A stretch of 64,000 nucleotides of DNA from Flaccisagitta enflata (taxonomy: Eukaryota): NCBI GenBank assembly GCA_965153355.1, contig OZ231126.1:18104001-18168000 (forward strand), read 5' to 3'. This document shows positions 13,697-28,169 of the stretch, one piece after another. How positions within the stretch are numbered: the first letter of the stretch is position 1; every line of letters starts with the position of its first letter. Made by a program: the position numbers and the translations under genes. The notes under the pieces are model-generated. The model worked only from the letters and a program-made list of their open reading frames with translations, ran no database searches and had not been told where the DNA came from.

Positions 13697-15317
13697 TCAT
13701 GTATTGTTCAAAATGTTTTCTTTGTTGCTGGCGTCACCGTATGAACTGTCGAGAAAAAGAGAAAAGAAGATTGAAGCAATCCCGTCGTCCCCGCGGAAAA
13801 AAAGTATTAATACCTGACCCACAGATTGTAATTCACCTGTTCAGTCTGGTGCGCTGTGCGCCACGAGATGCTTGAGCCCTTCTAAGAGCTTCCGTTCTCT
13901 GAATGTCAATTTGGGAATACATATCGGCACTGGGACGGCTCCCGATCACACCTGCGAAGAGCGAATGGAGACCCGCAGCGTAGAAATCCAAATGAGAACG
14001 ATAATAAATAGACATATCATTATCAAAGATTCTTTTTAGCACACCGTAAACCATTCTCACCTGCGTGTCCATTCGTTTGCCCTTGGAGACGATGGGCAGG
14101 ATTTTGATAAGGAAGTAATTGAGATGAGGAGGAGATGGATGAAGGCGTCGAGGAGAGAGGAAGAGGCGTTGAGGGTGACTTCGGTATCACTCTGTGAAGA
14201 AGTCAAATGAGAACCACATCTCAACCAAAAACAATTGAATAAATCGATTCCTACTGCTGTAAAGATTGAGCTGAAGCGCTCTTCGACTTGAAGAGCATGC
14301 ACTTACCCATGAGATGCTGCTTGTCCAGAAGCGCGATCCAACTCCAGCGTAGCATATTCAATGGTGGGAGCAGAAGGCATCTGCAATGACAGAATTGAGA
14401 CCTAAGATGAATTTTCCACCACATCATCAGGCGCCGGGTGATGTACCAATTTTATTCCACTTACCCCACTAAGGTTCTTTGGCGTCATCGGAGGTCTGGG
14501 CGGGATAGAGGGATTTTCAGCGGGACGGGCGTGAGCGAATTGTTGCTGATGCTGTGACTGTTGCTGATGTTGTTGTTGTGACTGTTGACTAGGGTATTTG
14601 TTGGAAGGAAGCGGGACTTGATCGTAGTTTAATTCCGGCGAGAGTGGTTCCTCGAATCGCCAATTGGCGCCGCCTGGCGTCTGCGGCGGTGCCCCATTGG
14701 CGCGATCTACGTTCTCGTAGATGTAGCGCCACTCTGTGTCCATGGGATTCGGTCGAGGGGGTATCACGGGGCGGAATGGAGAAGGACTCGGATTCGTCGA
14801 AGATCCTGTATGAGACGTGGAACAATATCTCTCGCATTATGTACATTATAATTTCATTCAAGTTACATCAACGGATAGGTCTATTTATGAGAAATATTAA
14901 GTCGCAGCGCTCTTCAACGACCACTCAAGCACAACTCAGAAATAACCTTGGGAGATCAGAGAAGGCATTCATTCAGTAGTTGTCTTTCAGCATACATTGC
15001 CTCGAGAAAAGAACAGCAAATTCATACGGCGAACCTGAAATTTCCGGCGTGGAAGAGGAGCCGGTGGCTGAGTCGGGAATATTTAGCGGCGCCGGTTTCG
15101 GTTTGGGATTCGTCCCTCCTCGCCGACTCAGACGACGTAAAGAATTCTGCCGTTCCGATCCGCCGCTTAAATTCGATGAGAATTTTAAGCTGTGGGGGCA
15201 GGAGTATTAGAAATTAACCTATACTATAGACTATACTATACTATAGACTTGTGTGTCCGCAACCAAAAAACAGGAAAGCTAGCTAGAAAGCTAGCAAGAA
15301 ATAAGCAAGACAGCAGT

Positions 15318-15364
<47 letters not shown>

Positions 15365-15408
15365 ACAAGCAAGCAAGCAAGCAAGAAAAAAGAAGAAGCA
15401 AGCAAGAA

Positions 15409-15460
<52 letters not shown>

Positions 15461-16151
15461 AAAAGAAAGAAAGAAGAAAGAAAGAAAGAAATAAAGCCAG
15501 GTAGAAAGGAAGAGAGAGAAACCAACCTTGTTTGCGTCGTATCTGAGTCTTGATCGGTGGTGGCGATGTTGTTATTCGTCGCAGGCATATTAGCGTAGCT
15601 AACGACCGAATTGGGAGAGGAGGAAGACAACAAAACCGTTCCGGATCCAGTTTCGAGCGGCGACGACGCGCTGACTTCGTTTAACCTTTGCGAAGACATA
15701 TGATGCTGCTGCTGTTGCTGCGATTGTTCCGCTCGCGTGGCGGATGCAGAGTCAAACAACCGCGAGTGTTGATGTTGTTGCTGCTGATGTTGCTGAGGCT
15801 GCTGAGAAGATGGCGTAGAGTATTCAACGTCGATACCACCACGACCATGCATGACTTGTTGCTGGCGTTGCTGTTGCTCCTGCTGTTGTTGTTGTTTTCG
15901 TTGGTATTGACTAGTTGAGTGAGTTGTGTTGGCAGAATGCGCGTTACGAGTCATCGGATGTGCGCGCGAGGGAGTATCCGGGTCACGCAAAGGAACCGAG
16001 TTGTAGGATCGAGTCACGGAAGACGGCAAAACCGACACTCCTATCTCGTCGAGATCCTCGTTGCTCGGCGGCAAGTCTAACGTCACATATTCGATGGGAG
16101 GAGTCTGACAACCTTCCATTTGGGTATTTACGTATGAGTGTTGAAAGCCAC
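13697..16151 (-). CDS. FRS2: FRS2/GAB-type multi-phosphotyrosine docking/adaptor protein (C-terminal region); 5' end uncertain
   Basis: Phase-consistent exons 16151-15527, 15189-15035, 14805-14465, 14380-14307, 14191-14061, 13951-13837, 13745-13697. Grb2-type YVN, YAN, YEN and YQN motifs; SHP2-type IEYVTL, LNYDQV and IEYATL; PPRP motifs. The C-terminus MYSQIDIQRTEAL...RTRLNS resembles FRS2 LYAVIDIERTAAM...KTRHNS. Candidate first exon 16463-16424 (MNSPVFPSLDDIY). Symbol is tentative. Confidence 0.7.
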
Positions 16152-16544
16152 CTGTATCGAGAGCAGTGAGACGAAAAAGACGAAATCGAAGCGGATAGGA
16201 ACAGAGGTGCCGATTCCGCGAGGTTGTCGCATAACATGAGTAATTCAGCATCAGCTGCCGCACTTTTCACTTGTACATAAGCTCTGTATTGTACCTAGGC
16301 TCGACTTTCCCCCTTCATACCATCACCCCCCCTCCATGTTTGTCTGCAGTTAACAACCTGACAACCACCAAGGGGCGGCATATTGACACCACCTGCCCAA
16401 TCACCGAAAACAATGCCAGTTACAGTAGATGTCGTCTAGACTTGGAAATACGGGTGAATTCATGACAGGAAGACAAATAAATTCAAAAGACTGATACTTG
16501 AAATATAAACTTATAAAGGGACGCTTTAATGCTCATGGGTGTTG

Positions 16545-16558
16545 GTTGCCATGGAAAC
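16545..16558. promoter_or_regulatory. RFX X-box motif
   Basis: GTTGCCATGGAAAC is a near-palindromic match to the X-box consensus, ~80 bp upstream of the candidate ATG at 16463 (-). Confidence 0.45.
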
Positions 16559-17562
16559 ACCTTTCCATGTATTCACGCTCAAGTTTCAATATTGTGAGAA
16601 ATTTTTTGAGGAACATTGTTTAAAATAAAATTTGCTACAACTTTCCCACAATATGTTCTATAAGAATATCGTTTGGCGGTTGTTAGAGAGCATCACAGGG
16701 CTGGCATACATAGTTACACGGTCTAATATCCGCTAGCCCAAAACCCTTTGAAAAAAAAAAAAAATTAACCCGTCTCCAAATGTTCGCATACTAGTCCTAA
16801 AAAAGGTGTAGATTAAGAATATCAACCAAAATTCAGCTGTTTTTCTTCAAATTTAAGGGATTTTTACTGTACCAAAAAAGGATATGGTCATTTAGTGTCC
16901 TGGTGTTCGCCTGAAATGACCTATACTTCGAAAGATGAGCTCGCTATATTTTCATAAATATTCATTCTTGCCATATCAATACATTACTTGGTTGTTATTA
17001 ACCGCACTGAAATCGAAACTAAGGTCAGCTAGCTTGTTATCACTTAAAGAATCAAGCCCCTCAAAAAGCAACCCGGGGTTACAATTTCCTTGCAGACGGG
17101 TGGTCAGGGGCGTAACACCCCCCTTCCCCTCAACCCCTTCCCCCCTTCTCCACATACGACTAAATTCGAATTTTTACAATTTCTGACGGATGGATGGACG
17201 GACGGGCAGACGGACTAACGGATGGATGGACGGATGGACCGACGGACGAACAAAGACTCTTATACATGAAAGAGTTGCGTGTCCGCAACTAGAAAGAAAT
17301 CAGCCTCCGCCGCTTATCGGGCCTTGTTTCAATCTAGCTCGCTATGAAAATGTTTAGTCGACTTTTTAGCCCTCATCCTTGAATTTCACAAGCAGTCTCT
17401 GGAAGCATTCTGTCTGAATTTTACTGTGTTAAGAAATAAACGCCTCATCGATAGAAATGGAAAAGAATATTGCACTAGACGATATTTACTTGGAGCACGA
17501 ATCTGCCTTACAGGTGAACACCTGATTTAATGATGGGAACGCAAATGAAATAAAAAAAACTC

Positions 17563-17624
17563 ACGTACTGATTCGTGTCACCATCTTTTCCTGATCGGAA
17601 ACGTGGAGTCGCTGCGCAAGATTC
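17563..17624 (+). repeat. 62-bp direct repeat, left copy
   Basis: ACGTACTGATTCGTGTCACCATCTTTTCCTGATCGGAAACGTGGAGTCGCTGCGCAAGATTC, identical to 28575-28636. Confidence 0.95.
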
Positions 17625-18660
17625 CTTATTGTATCTTTTAATCAACATGACTGAATAGGGAGAAATATATGAAATGAATAAAATGACCAGCAGACTTGAA
17701 TAGACTTAACCAGGCCTACACCAGCGAGGACAACCAGCGCGAACCAAACCGGCAGGCTTTAACAGACTTTGTAGCAGACTTGCTCCATGAAAGCTAAACA
17801 ACGGGCAAGCCAGCGAACTGACCAGCGAACCGACCAGAACTTAAACCCAGCGAACCGACCAGACTTAAACCAGCCAGGCTTAAACCAGCGAACCCGTCAA
17901 CGAAGACTTAAACCAGCAGACTCAAACCAGCAGACTTAAATGAGCCGACTCAAACCAGCCAACTTAAACCAGTCGACTTAAACCAGCCAACCAAACCAGC
18001 CAACAAACCAGCCAGCCAAACCAGCCGGCTAAACCAATACCAAGCGAGCCAACAACCACCCAGACAACCACAACCAGCCACTTAAAACCAGCGACTAAAA
18101 CCGCAGACTAAACCAGCAGACTTAAATCAGCAGACTTAAATCAGCAGACTTAAACCAGCAGACTTAAACCAGCAGACTTAAACCAGCAGACCTAAACGAG
18201 CAGACCTAAACAAGCAGACTTAAATGAGCACTGAAACAATGACTAAAACATACCAAAAAACATAAATGCCCAAAACATACCAAAAACATAAATGACCAAA
18301 AAACATAAATGACAAAAAACATACAATGACAAAAAACAAAAACCAAAACCAAAAAAACCAAAAAACCAAAATCCAAAAAAACCAATAATCAAAAAACCAA
18401 AACAAAAAAAAACAAGAAAACAAAAACCAAAAACACAAATGACCACAAACAAAAATGACCAAAACATGCCAAAAAACTATGTTAAATGAACAAAAACCAA
18501 AGAACCAAAAAACCAAAAACCAAAAAAACCAAAAACCCAGAAACCCAAAAACCCAAAAACCCAAAAACCAAAAAACTAAAAAACATAAATGACCAAAACA
18601 TAGCAAAAAACCATGTTAAATGACCAAAAATGACCTGAAATGTCCCTAAATGACCTAAAA
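17622..18660 (-). mobile_element. 3' portion of the long satellite-bearing Helentron/DINE-1-like element (family B)
   Basis: TCCTTATTGTATCTTTT is the reverse complement of 56648-56664. It is followed by (AACCAGCAGACTTA)n and (AAAATGACCA)-type arrays that mirror those at 54300-55850. Confidence 0.75.
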
Positions 18661-19232
18661 TGGTTATTGAAACAGCATATCAAATGCCTATCTAATGCCC
18701 CCTTAATGAAACCATGGTCTCGGTTGCCTGGTCCGAGTTCTCTACTCTGAGATAAATATATAAAGTCATACTAAAAGTGCGGAGTCGTCCGATTTAAATA
18801 CATGAGTTGAAAGCCCTTCTTCCAAGCTTTGTTGACCAACCAACAGACCAACCGACTCCGCACTCAAAGGTATACTTTTTCAACCAAAAAAAAATTTACA
18901 GCATAACTTTGTTGTCCAACATTAGCTCTATCGATAAGCTAGGCTCAGCAATCATGTAGGGTAAATGAGACTTTTCTCGTAAGTGATACTTGGCTCTTGC
19001 CACAATGACGAGTTAGCGATGTAATCATGCAAGGGAATCGAGATAAAAAATGATATCTAGAACTTTGAGGTTCCCATATTACTTGCTCCTTCCATTTTCC
19101 TTTTGAGTAAATTTTCTTTCTCAATTTTTTAAAATGTTGCTTCTGTTTGCTTCCAAGCTCATTTTACATCCGTTCATCATCGCAATTTTTTTCTTTTTCG
19201 TTATATATTTCCTTCCCACGAAAATTTGTAAG

Positions 19233-20283
<1,051 letters not shown>

Positions 20284-20426
20284 ATGTTGAAGGTGGAGAT
20301 GATAACATTGTTATTGAGCTTGATGTTGATGTTGTAAATGACGATAATGGTGCTTATTATGATGAACAGGATAATGATCGATGCTAAGGATGATAATAAC
20401 GAAGATACAATGTTTGAACTGCTGAC

Positions 20427-20585
20427 TTTTTAGTTGCGGACACGCAACTCTATAAGAGGCTTTGTCCGTTGGTCCGTCCGTCGGTCCGACCGTTGGTCCG
20501 TAAGCAAGAGTCGAAAAGTGGGAAAACGCGCTTTATCGCCCCTGCCCACTCATCCGCTACTGGTGGCCGTGTATCCGGCCGTGTT
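20427..20585 (+). mobile_element. Helentron-associated/DINE-1-like short element, family A (representative copy)
   Basis: 5' TTTTAGTTGCGGACACGCAACT hairpin, (GTCC/GTCG)n core, 3' hairpin GGCCGTGTATCCGGCC followed by T-rich sequence, no TSD. Further copies at ~25979-26128(-), 31776-31948, 41584-41760, 43671-43836(-), 44046-44189 and 53894-54089, plus partial copies near 17200, 22500, 23300 and 36100. Confidence 0.75.
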
Positions 20586-20731
20586 TTGATGTATGTGGCT
20601 CAGTCTGAATTTGTACAATTGATGTAAAATGTTTGCCAACAAAGGCAGTATGGAATTTTAGCACATACTTGAACAAGTAATCCGATGTCATGATATCGTC
20701 GCTGAGGGGTGGGCAACCCCTTCCTCCACAC

Positions 20732-20797
<66 letters not shown>

Positions 20798-21796
20798 CTT
20801 TGAAAAGAAGATGAGAAAAAAAACAGGGGAAAAGAAAAAGAAGAAGAAGAAGAAGAAGAAAAAGAAGAAGAAGAAGAAGAAGAAGAAGAAGAAGAAGAAA
20901 AACTCTCCCATCATTAGGTTATGAATATAAGCTGATGGAAGAAATAAAAGGGGAAGATCTGCATTAAGGAATAACAAAAAAAAAATTAAGTTACCATGCC
21001 CCCATAAAATGGCGCGTAGTTTTTTTGAACCAGCTCATAAAAAAAAACTAAAAAAAGTTTTTAGTGGTGTCTGACTGTAGTTTGAATTAGTAATTAACCA
21101 CTTCTGTTTTGGTGGGTGGGATAGCCACTTGTATTCGCACTACAAAATAGAAGTGGAAGCGAAAGCAGAAGCAGTGGAGGCAGCAGGAAAATTGACCACT
21201 TCAACATCCCTAGTTGGCCCGAAAATTTTTTGATCTAGATGTAAACATGCAAAAACTTTATTGCTGGAAAAAGTAATTTCAGTTATCACTGTGTGTTTTT
21301 TTTTAACAACAGACTTCAAACAAATCGAGCAAAAAAAATCTAAAAATATGCTGTTTTATTATGGATGAAAAAGGGATATCAACTTTGTTAAGAGGTTCTT
21401 TTTAAACCAATAGAATTATGATTTCCTCCTTGGTCTTGTCTTGAAGATTTGATTGAATATCTTTCAAATAGTCACTGCTTTCATAGTTTTTTAGTCACTT
21501 GCTATGCGACTCTATGAGAGAGTGTACCATAACAGGTCTGTCTGTCTGTCTGTCTGTAACGCAAAACTTTAGATGTGAATTTGGTGGAAAAGCGATTTCT
21601 GAGTATAACTGCCCCTGCCCTGCCACAATATGGCCCCAGCCCACTCACATACTGCCCTGCCCACCTACATCACTGCCCCTGCCCATCCACAAATGACTAC
21701 TTATTGACCATATAGGCCTTGTTAAAACTATATCAGTCTTTTTTAGGGGCCTCGCGGCAACAGTAGCCTCGGGCCTCGCGCATGGTTGATCCGGGC

Positions 21797-21897
<101 letters not shown>

Positions 21898-23617
21898 CAC
21901 CTTATATTTTTCTCGCTCTCGCTCTTGCTCTCGCTCTCGCTCTCTCTTTAGAAGGACAGATCCCGAGAAACACAGTACAAAGAGATTAGGCTTTCCTCGT
22001 CAAGATGAAATGCGGCAAAAAAGGTACGATGATGAAGCGCCCGCCTATATTTTGGATACGCCTTTGTACACTCTCGTCAAGTCAAGATTTGTAGTCTCAA
22101 AGGAAGAATTTGCTTTATCAGGAACAATGCCGACTCTCGGGGGAACAAGGCCAGATACACGGCAACCCTAGTCGCGTGCGGGTGGGCAGGAGCAGTTCTG
22201 GAGAAGGTCAACCGACAACTGACAAACGGACCAACAGCCTGAGAGGGCTGGGGGGGGGGGGGACAAACGAACGGACGGACGGAATGTCGAACAAAAGTCC
22301 CCATGTGTTCTACAGGACTTCGTCCCCTTCGGGGCCGCTGCTCAAAAACAAGTGACACGGGGTCACAATATCGTTGCAGACGGGTGGGTAGGGGCGCTCA
22401 ACCCCCAACCACACCCTCGCCCACCCCAAACGCACTCACGTACACAGACAATCACAATAGCAGCACCAAAATTGCAACATGTCAACTCGATCACCATGAT
22501 GGACCGACGGACCAATGAACGTACAGACCCACAGACAAACGGAGGGAAGGAGAGAGGGACAAAGCCTCTTAAAGAGTTGCCTGTCCGCAACTAAAAATTG
22601 AACAGGGCTTTTATCCAGATGAAGCTACCTCCTCCTTTGTCCTCCCCCCCACATTGAAACGATGCAGCAAATACACAATTACGGCATCGTGAGCGAGCGA
22701 GAATTCGACCAAGGTTGGATACACAACTATTTTGGTTGCGCCATGGATGATCAAGGGCAACGTGAAAAAACGCCGGCAAATCAGCTTAGTAATGAAACAA
22801 TGCAACGGTTGTAGGCTTGTGCAGTAACACCCCATTAAAACCAACTCAAGCAGAGCAGAAATCCGTTTATAATGGATGAAGAATGAGCATGGCGAATAAG
22901 TAGGTGCTTGCGGGTGTGCACTGTGCAGGGGCAGTAATGCGGGTGGGCATGGGCGGTATGTGGGGAGGCGGGGGCTGGGCAGGGGCCGGACATGATGCTT
23001 AAAATAGTTTTTTCAACCAATTTTCACGTTATAGATATTCCTTCCTACCAAGGGACACACCCTCTTAAAGAGTCACTTAGCAAGCGACTAAAAATTGTAA
23101 CTAAATGAGGGATTCGTCACAGACTTGTATACAAGATAACAAGTGAGGCGGGGTCACAATATCGTTGCGGATGGGTGGGCAGGGGCATCCAATCCCCAGC
23201 CTCGACCCAACCACACTCCCAACCCCCCTCCAACACACTCACACACACACACACACACACGATACCAACAGCAGCATCCTAAATACGCGTTTTTCGCGTT
23301 TCCAACTCAAGCGTGACAACTCGAGTGTGACCGATGGACCGACGGACAGACAAAGTCTCTTATAGAGTTGCGTGTCCGCAAATAAAAATAAAGAATGAAA
23401 GAAAAATGTAGACTACCAAGCATCTGTATTATTGACCCAGGTCAAGGGGTTGTAGGGCCTAATGAATTTCCTTATTAGAATTATCCACCACGACTATTTC
23501 AGTTAATTTCGCGTCATCTCAAATTTCATGTTACCTTCCTACCTACCTTCCTTCCTACGGACATGCCCTCACATGGAGTCACTTCGCCAGCGACTGAAAA
23601 CACGCAGCTCCGCCACG

Positions 23618-23718
<101 letters not shown>

Positions 23719-26160
23719 TGTGTGTGTCTGTGTGTGTGCGTGAGTGTGTACGTAAGTGTGCGCACGGGTTGTGTGGGGGGGTGTCTTCCTCTGCCCACCC
23801 CCCCTCCCCACGTCAATATTGCTAACTCCGCATTACTTGTTGCAATATATAGATGAATGGAAATAAAACATATTTGTTTTCCTCATTTCTCAAATTCTTT
23901 CTGGGCAGAAATGTACGCATCCACACTTTTCCGATGGAGCATCACAAACTGATGCACTAGACTAGTTGACAGAGCTAGGAGTACGAAAAGATGGCGCGCA
24001 ACTAAATTGAATACTGAGGCATGGGCTACTTGGGTGTGTCAATATGCAAAAGGTTTCTTGATCAGATTTTCATCATCAAAAAACATTACTTCAATAATTC
24101 TAAAATACATCTCATTTTATATTTTTTAGACTTCATTCATCTTTTCTTTTTTTTTAATCCCTATTTATTGTTGTGCAGCTGATTTTACTGCATATTTATT
24201 ACTCATAAAAAAATGATAAAGTTTTGTAATATTTTGATACTTATTACATAGAAGAATAATAAAGATCTTGTGTTTTATTTTAGATGATCCTAGATAATCT
24301 CCTATTTTTATCCTAGATCTAATGAAAGTTTTTAAATGATACATAAATATTATAAATAATATCACTATATTCCCTGATACTGTAAACTGATTAAAAGACC
24401 TTTTGCATATCAAAACACCAAAATGAGATACAGTAAGGAAGATTTTCAATTCCAGTTAGCCAGTTTGTTGCCTAAGGTTTCAGTACAGTGTCGTTAGGTC
24501 GGTCCGTTAGGAATTTTGTTGAATTCAGAGTTGTTACTGCTCCTGCCCAACCGTTCGCGACTAGATTCCCTTTACAGTTGCGGACTAGCAACTCTATAAA
24601 AGGCCTTGTCCGTCCATCCGACCATTGTTCTATTCGACCGTCTGTTGGTCTGTAGATCTGTCACGCCAGAGTTGGAAAGTCTGAGCGGGTGTGCGTGTGT
24701 GTGTGCGTGTGTGTATGTGTATGTGTATGTGTGTGTGTGGAGACCAGAGGGGAAGGCACTTGGCCGCGGCGATGGTGGAACCCCTTGTTAATTGATCGTT
24801 TAAGCATTCCAGTAAAGTAAAGGAAGTAGCACGTACAATAAGGCCAAATAGGCTAATAGGTGCAACTTGTCGAACAAATGCGTTACCAACCAACTGAACG
24901 ACCGACCGACCGACCGACCGACCGACCGACAGACACAGCTAGTTATACAGGTGCTTTGTCGCACCTAAAAATTCAACAACGCACTTTTTTTGCCTTTTTT
25001 TTGGTTGTGGTCCCGCAAATCTAAGAAGCTTTGACCATTTGTTGGTCAAGCCGTCCATTGGCCCGTGATACTCTAGTTGAAAAGTTTGAAAAAAGTGGGG
25101 GGGGGGTTGTGCACCACGTAATCTGAGGTGAGATTAAAACTCGGGGTATACTTGGGTATGCTTTGGTATGCTTGGGTATGCTTGGGTATTGCTAGGGTAT
25201 TGCTTGGGTATGCCCGGGTATTACTTTGGTCTTGCTTTGGTATCACTCGGGTATACTCAGGTATGCTCGGGTATTGCTCGGGTATTGCTAGGGTATTGCT
25301 CGGGTATTACTAGGGTATTGCTAGGGTATTGCTTGGGTATGGTCACATTTTTCTATTACTGATTACCTGCGTTTCTGTCCATCAGTCCTCAGCGATAATG
25401 TAATATTCGTTTTGCTTCAAGTTTAGTACATACACGGGGGATTTGTCTGTTTGTTGGTCTGTTTGTCCCTCCATAATGATCAAGTCAGAAAGTGCAAAAC
25501 TGCCCATCTCTGCCCCTGCCCTTTTTTCTTCAACGATATTGAAAATTTTGTAATCCAAGGTATGACCCTCCGTTTATCCATCCCTTAGTCTGTTAGTCTG
25601 TCACCCTCGAGTTGGAAAGTGTGACATTGTGCATTTGAAAGGCCGTGTGTGTTTGTTTGTGTCGTTTATGTGTAAAAACTCGCCTGGAAGGGGGGGGGGG
25701 GTAGAATATATACCCCTGTCTAAGGCCCGTTGGTCCATCCGCTATGATTGAGTAAAAAAAGTGTTGAAACGCGCATATCCGCTGCCCCCCCCTCCTGCAA
25801 CTAAATTGTAACCTCGGGTTACACAGACTTACACTTTTTATTTTTTTTAAGAACGTCATTTTCGGCCGAAGCCTTCAAAAGAGATAGAGATAGCTACTAA
25901 TGAAATAACAACAATGTTCTTAATTTTGAGGCGATTTCAAGCCTTGACGTTCTTATAAACTAGGTTCTTATAAAAAATAACAAGGCCGGATACACGGCCA
26001 TCAGTTGCAGACGGGTGGGCAGGGGCGGATATGCGCGTTTTCACACTTTTCGACTTGTGTTCACGGACCGACCAACCAACGGACGGACGGACAAAGCCTC
26101 TTATAGAGTTGCGTGTCCGCAACAAAAAAGTGTGGTTGTTTCTGTACCGGATCGCGGAGT

Positions 26161-26192
<32 letters not shown>

Positions 26193-27279
26193 ACTGCCAC
26201 AAGACTAGGAAATAGAATGGGAGTAGGTGTTTTACGTCATAAAACTAGATCTGTTTGAAAGATGTTTTCTTAGTAGAAAATCTAAGCCGCTTAAACATTT
26301 AGGTTCTATCATCTCCTGACTATGTAGTCCAAGTCTCCGCCTTGCATTGTCATGGCTGACGGCCCTGGATTACGCATTCTACGTATAAGGGTATTTTTAC
26401 GCCATTTGCCTAGATCTCATAAAATTGCACTTTTGAGTTCATTTAGTGCGCTTTGGTTGGTACCTTGTCCTCTATATCAATGCCCTGCCCTGAAACTAAA
26501 CCAAGGGGATCAATTGGGTCTATCTGTATTGATATTTGGTAAGAGACAAATGATTTTGGGCCTAAAATTTTTCTATTTCCTGATATCGTATAAATGATGA
26601 GACTGTGAGAGAGAGAGGGCGAGGCGACTGGAGAGAGAGAGAGAGAGAGAGAGAGACATACGCACACGCACACGCACACACACGCATGCACACAGATTGA
26701 GAATAACATTTTTTCTCGAGTGGATAAACCGCGCATCTGGTCCCCCCCCCCTCCCTTTGTCTGCCATGACAACGTAATCCCAGGTCGATTGTTACTGTCC
26801 AGAGATATTTGGGGAGGGGTGCTAATATGCGTTTGTGCATCTCAGATCAATGGACGGACAAATAGACAAATCCATTTATAAAATGGCTCGCGCGAAAGTT
26901 CAATGAATGGAGCTATAGATATGGTTACCCAAGTCAAATGCGGGTGAGCAGGAACAGTAATGAAATAGGCTTACCCAAGAATTTGGGCAGGGGTAGTTGT
27001 GTAAAAACCATCCATAAAAGCCTAAAAAGAGTGGTTAGCAATTTCAAGGAAGACCAAAATTAGGAAGTTTTTGGCGAGAGAATTTTGATGCGGAACACGA
27101 CGTCGAATTTTTGTTGGCGTCATTGTCTTTTTATATCATCTTGTATCGAAAGGCAATACGCATCTAGTGCACATCTCTTGGCCATGTTACTGTGCTGTAC
27201 TTCTATCTAAATATAGAAAAGATATTGTTTTACAAGACTCACTTCCAGAAACCATTAACCCTGAGCTGTTAGAGGTTAC

Positions 27280-27473
27280 AAACAAGGCCGGATACACGGC
27301 TACCGAAGTCGCGTGCGGGTGGGCAGGGGCCATATTTGAGGTCACTAGACCATTTGGGCAGGAGCAGTGAGGTCAAAAAAATAGAATCATAAAAAAAGTA
27401 AAATGTGACTGACCGACCGACCGACCGATCGACGGACAAAGCGGGTTGTAGAGTCGCGTGCACGCAACTAAAA
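27280..27473 (-). mobile_element. Helentron/DINE-1-like short element, family B (short form)
   Basis: AGTCGCGTGCACGC terminal hairpin, (GACC)n core and GGCCGGATACACGGC end. A similar copy lies at ~49847-50044(+). Confidence 0.7.
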
Positions 27474-27493
27474 ACAACTAAAGGATTTTTTAA

Positions 27494-28166
27494 GGGGACC
27501 TGGTGAAGAAAATTTGAAGAATTTTTTAAACAATTTTGTTTTGGAAAAAATAAAAAAAATATATATGTATTTAGATTCAATATCATAAAAACTGCATATT
27601 ATGATAGCAATTGATTTTATTATGAAAAAAATAAATAAATATTTTTTATTCAAATAATATGAAATATAGGAATCTTTTTATACACAATCAAGCCCGAGCC
27701 TTTAAAGGTTACAAAAAATAATTAAATGATTCTTTAAGGGGACCTGGTGATAAAAATTTAAAAAAATATATTTTGTTCTTTTTAACATTTTGAATTCAAA
27801 AATATCCTTTATTTTCATTTTGAATTGTAAAAAATCTTTGAAAAAACTCAAAACACTTTTTTTGAAATTTTTTTTTGCATAAATTTTTTTAATTGAAAAT
27901 TTTCACCCGATTTTTTTTCGCCAAAGAAACAAATTTTTTCGCTAAAAAAAAATATTTACAAAAAAAAATTTTTTTTTGCTAAAATAAATTTTTAGGCAAA
28001 AAAAAAATTTTTACAAAAAAAAATGTTTTTTTGAAAAATTCACTGAATTTTTTTTGCTACTTATCATGAGTTTTGAGTAAAAAACAAGATATATTTGGAT
28101 TCAGCATAGTGAATACTACAAAACGTTATGCTTTCATAATTTTTCCTTACTCACCACTTCTTCCCC
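27494..28166. mobile_element. TTAA-specific MITE (Kolobok-like)
   Basis: TTAA|GGGGACCTGGTGA ... TCACCACTTCTTCCCC|TTAA. Purine-start/pyrimidine-end termini with a TTAA TSD fit Kolobok rather than piggyBac (CCC start). The left end is repeated internally near 27738. Confidence 0.6.
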
Positions 28167-28169
28167 TTA

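Noticed and set aside
16424-17490. LDDIY encoded on both divergent first exons (CTAGACGACATCTAC vs CTAGACGATATTTAC)
   Set aside because: Similarity is limited to ~15 nt with no flanking homology; most likely chance.
22611-22835. Minus-strand ORF starting MGCYCTS, resembling the FRS2 myristoylation/palmitoylation start
   Set aside because: It lacks the IRS-type PTB core (W..LRRYG, FSFE.GR), ends in a stop with no convincing donor, and lies inside the 11-kb insert.
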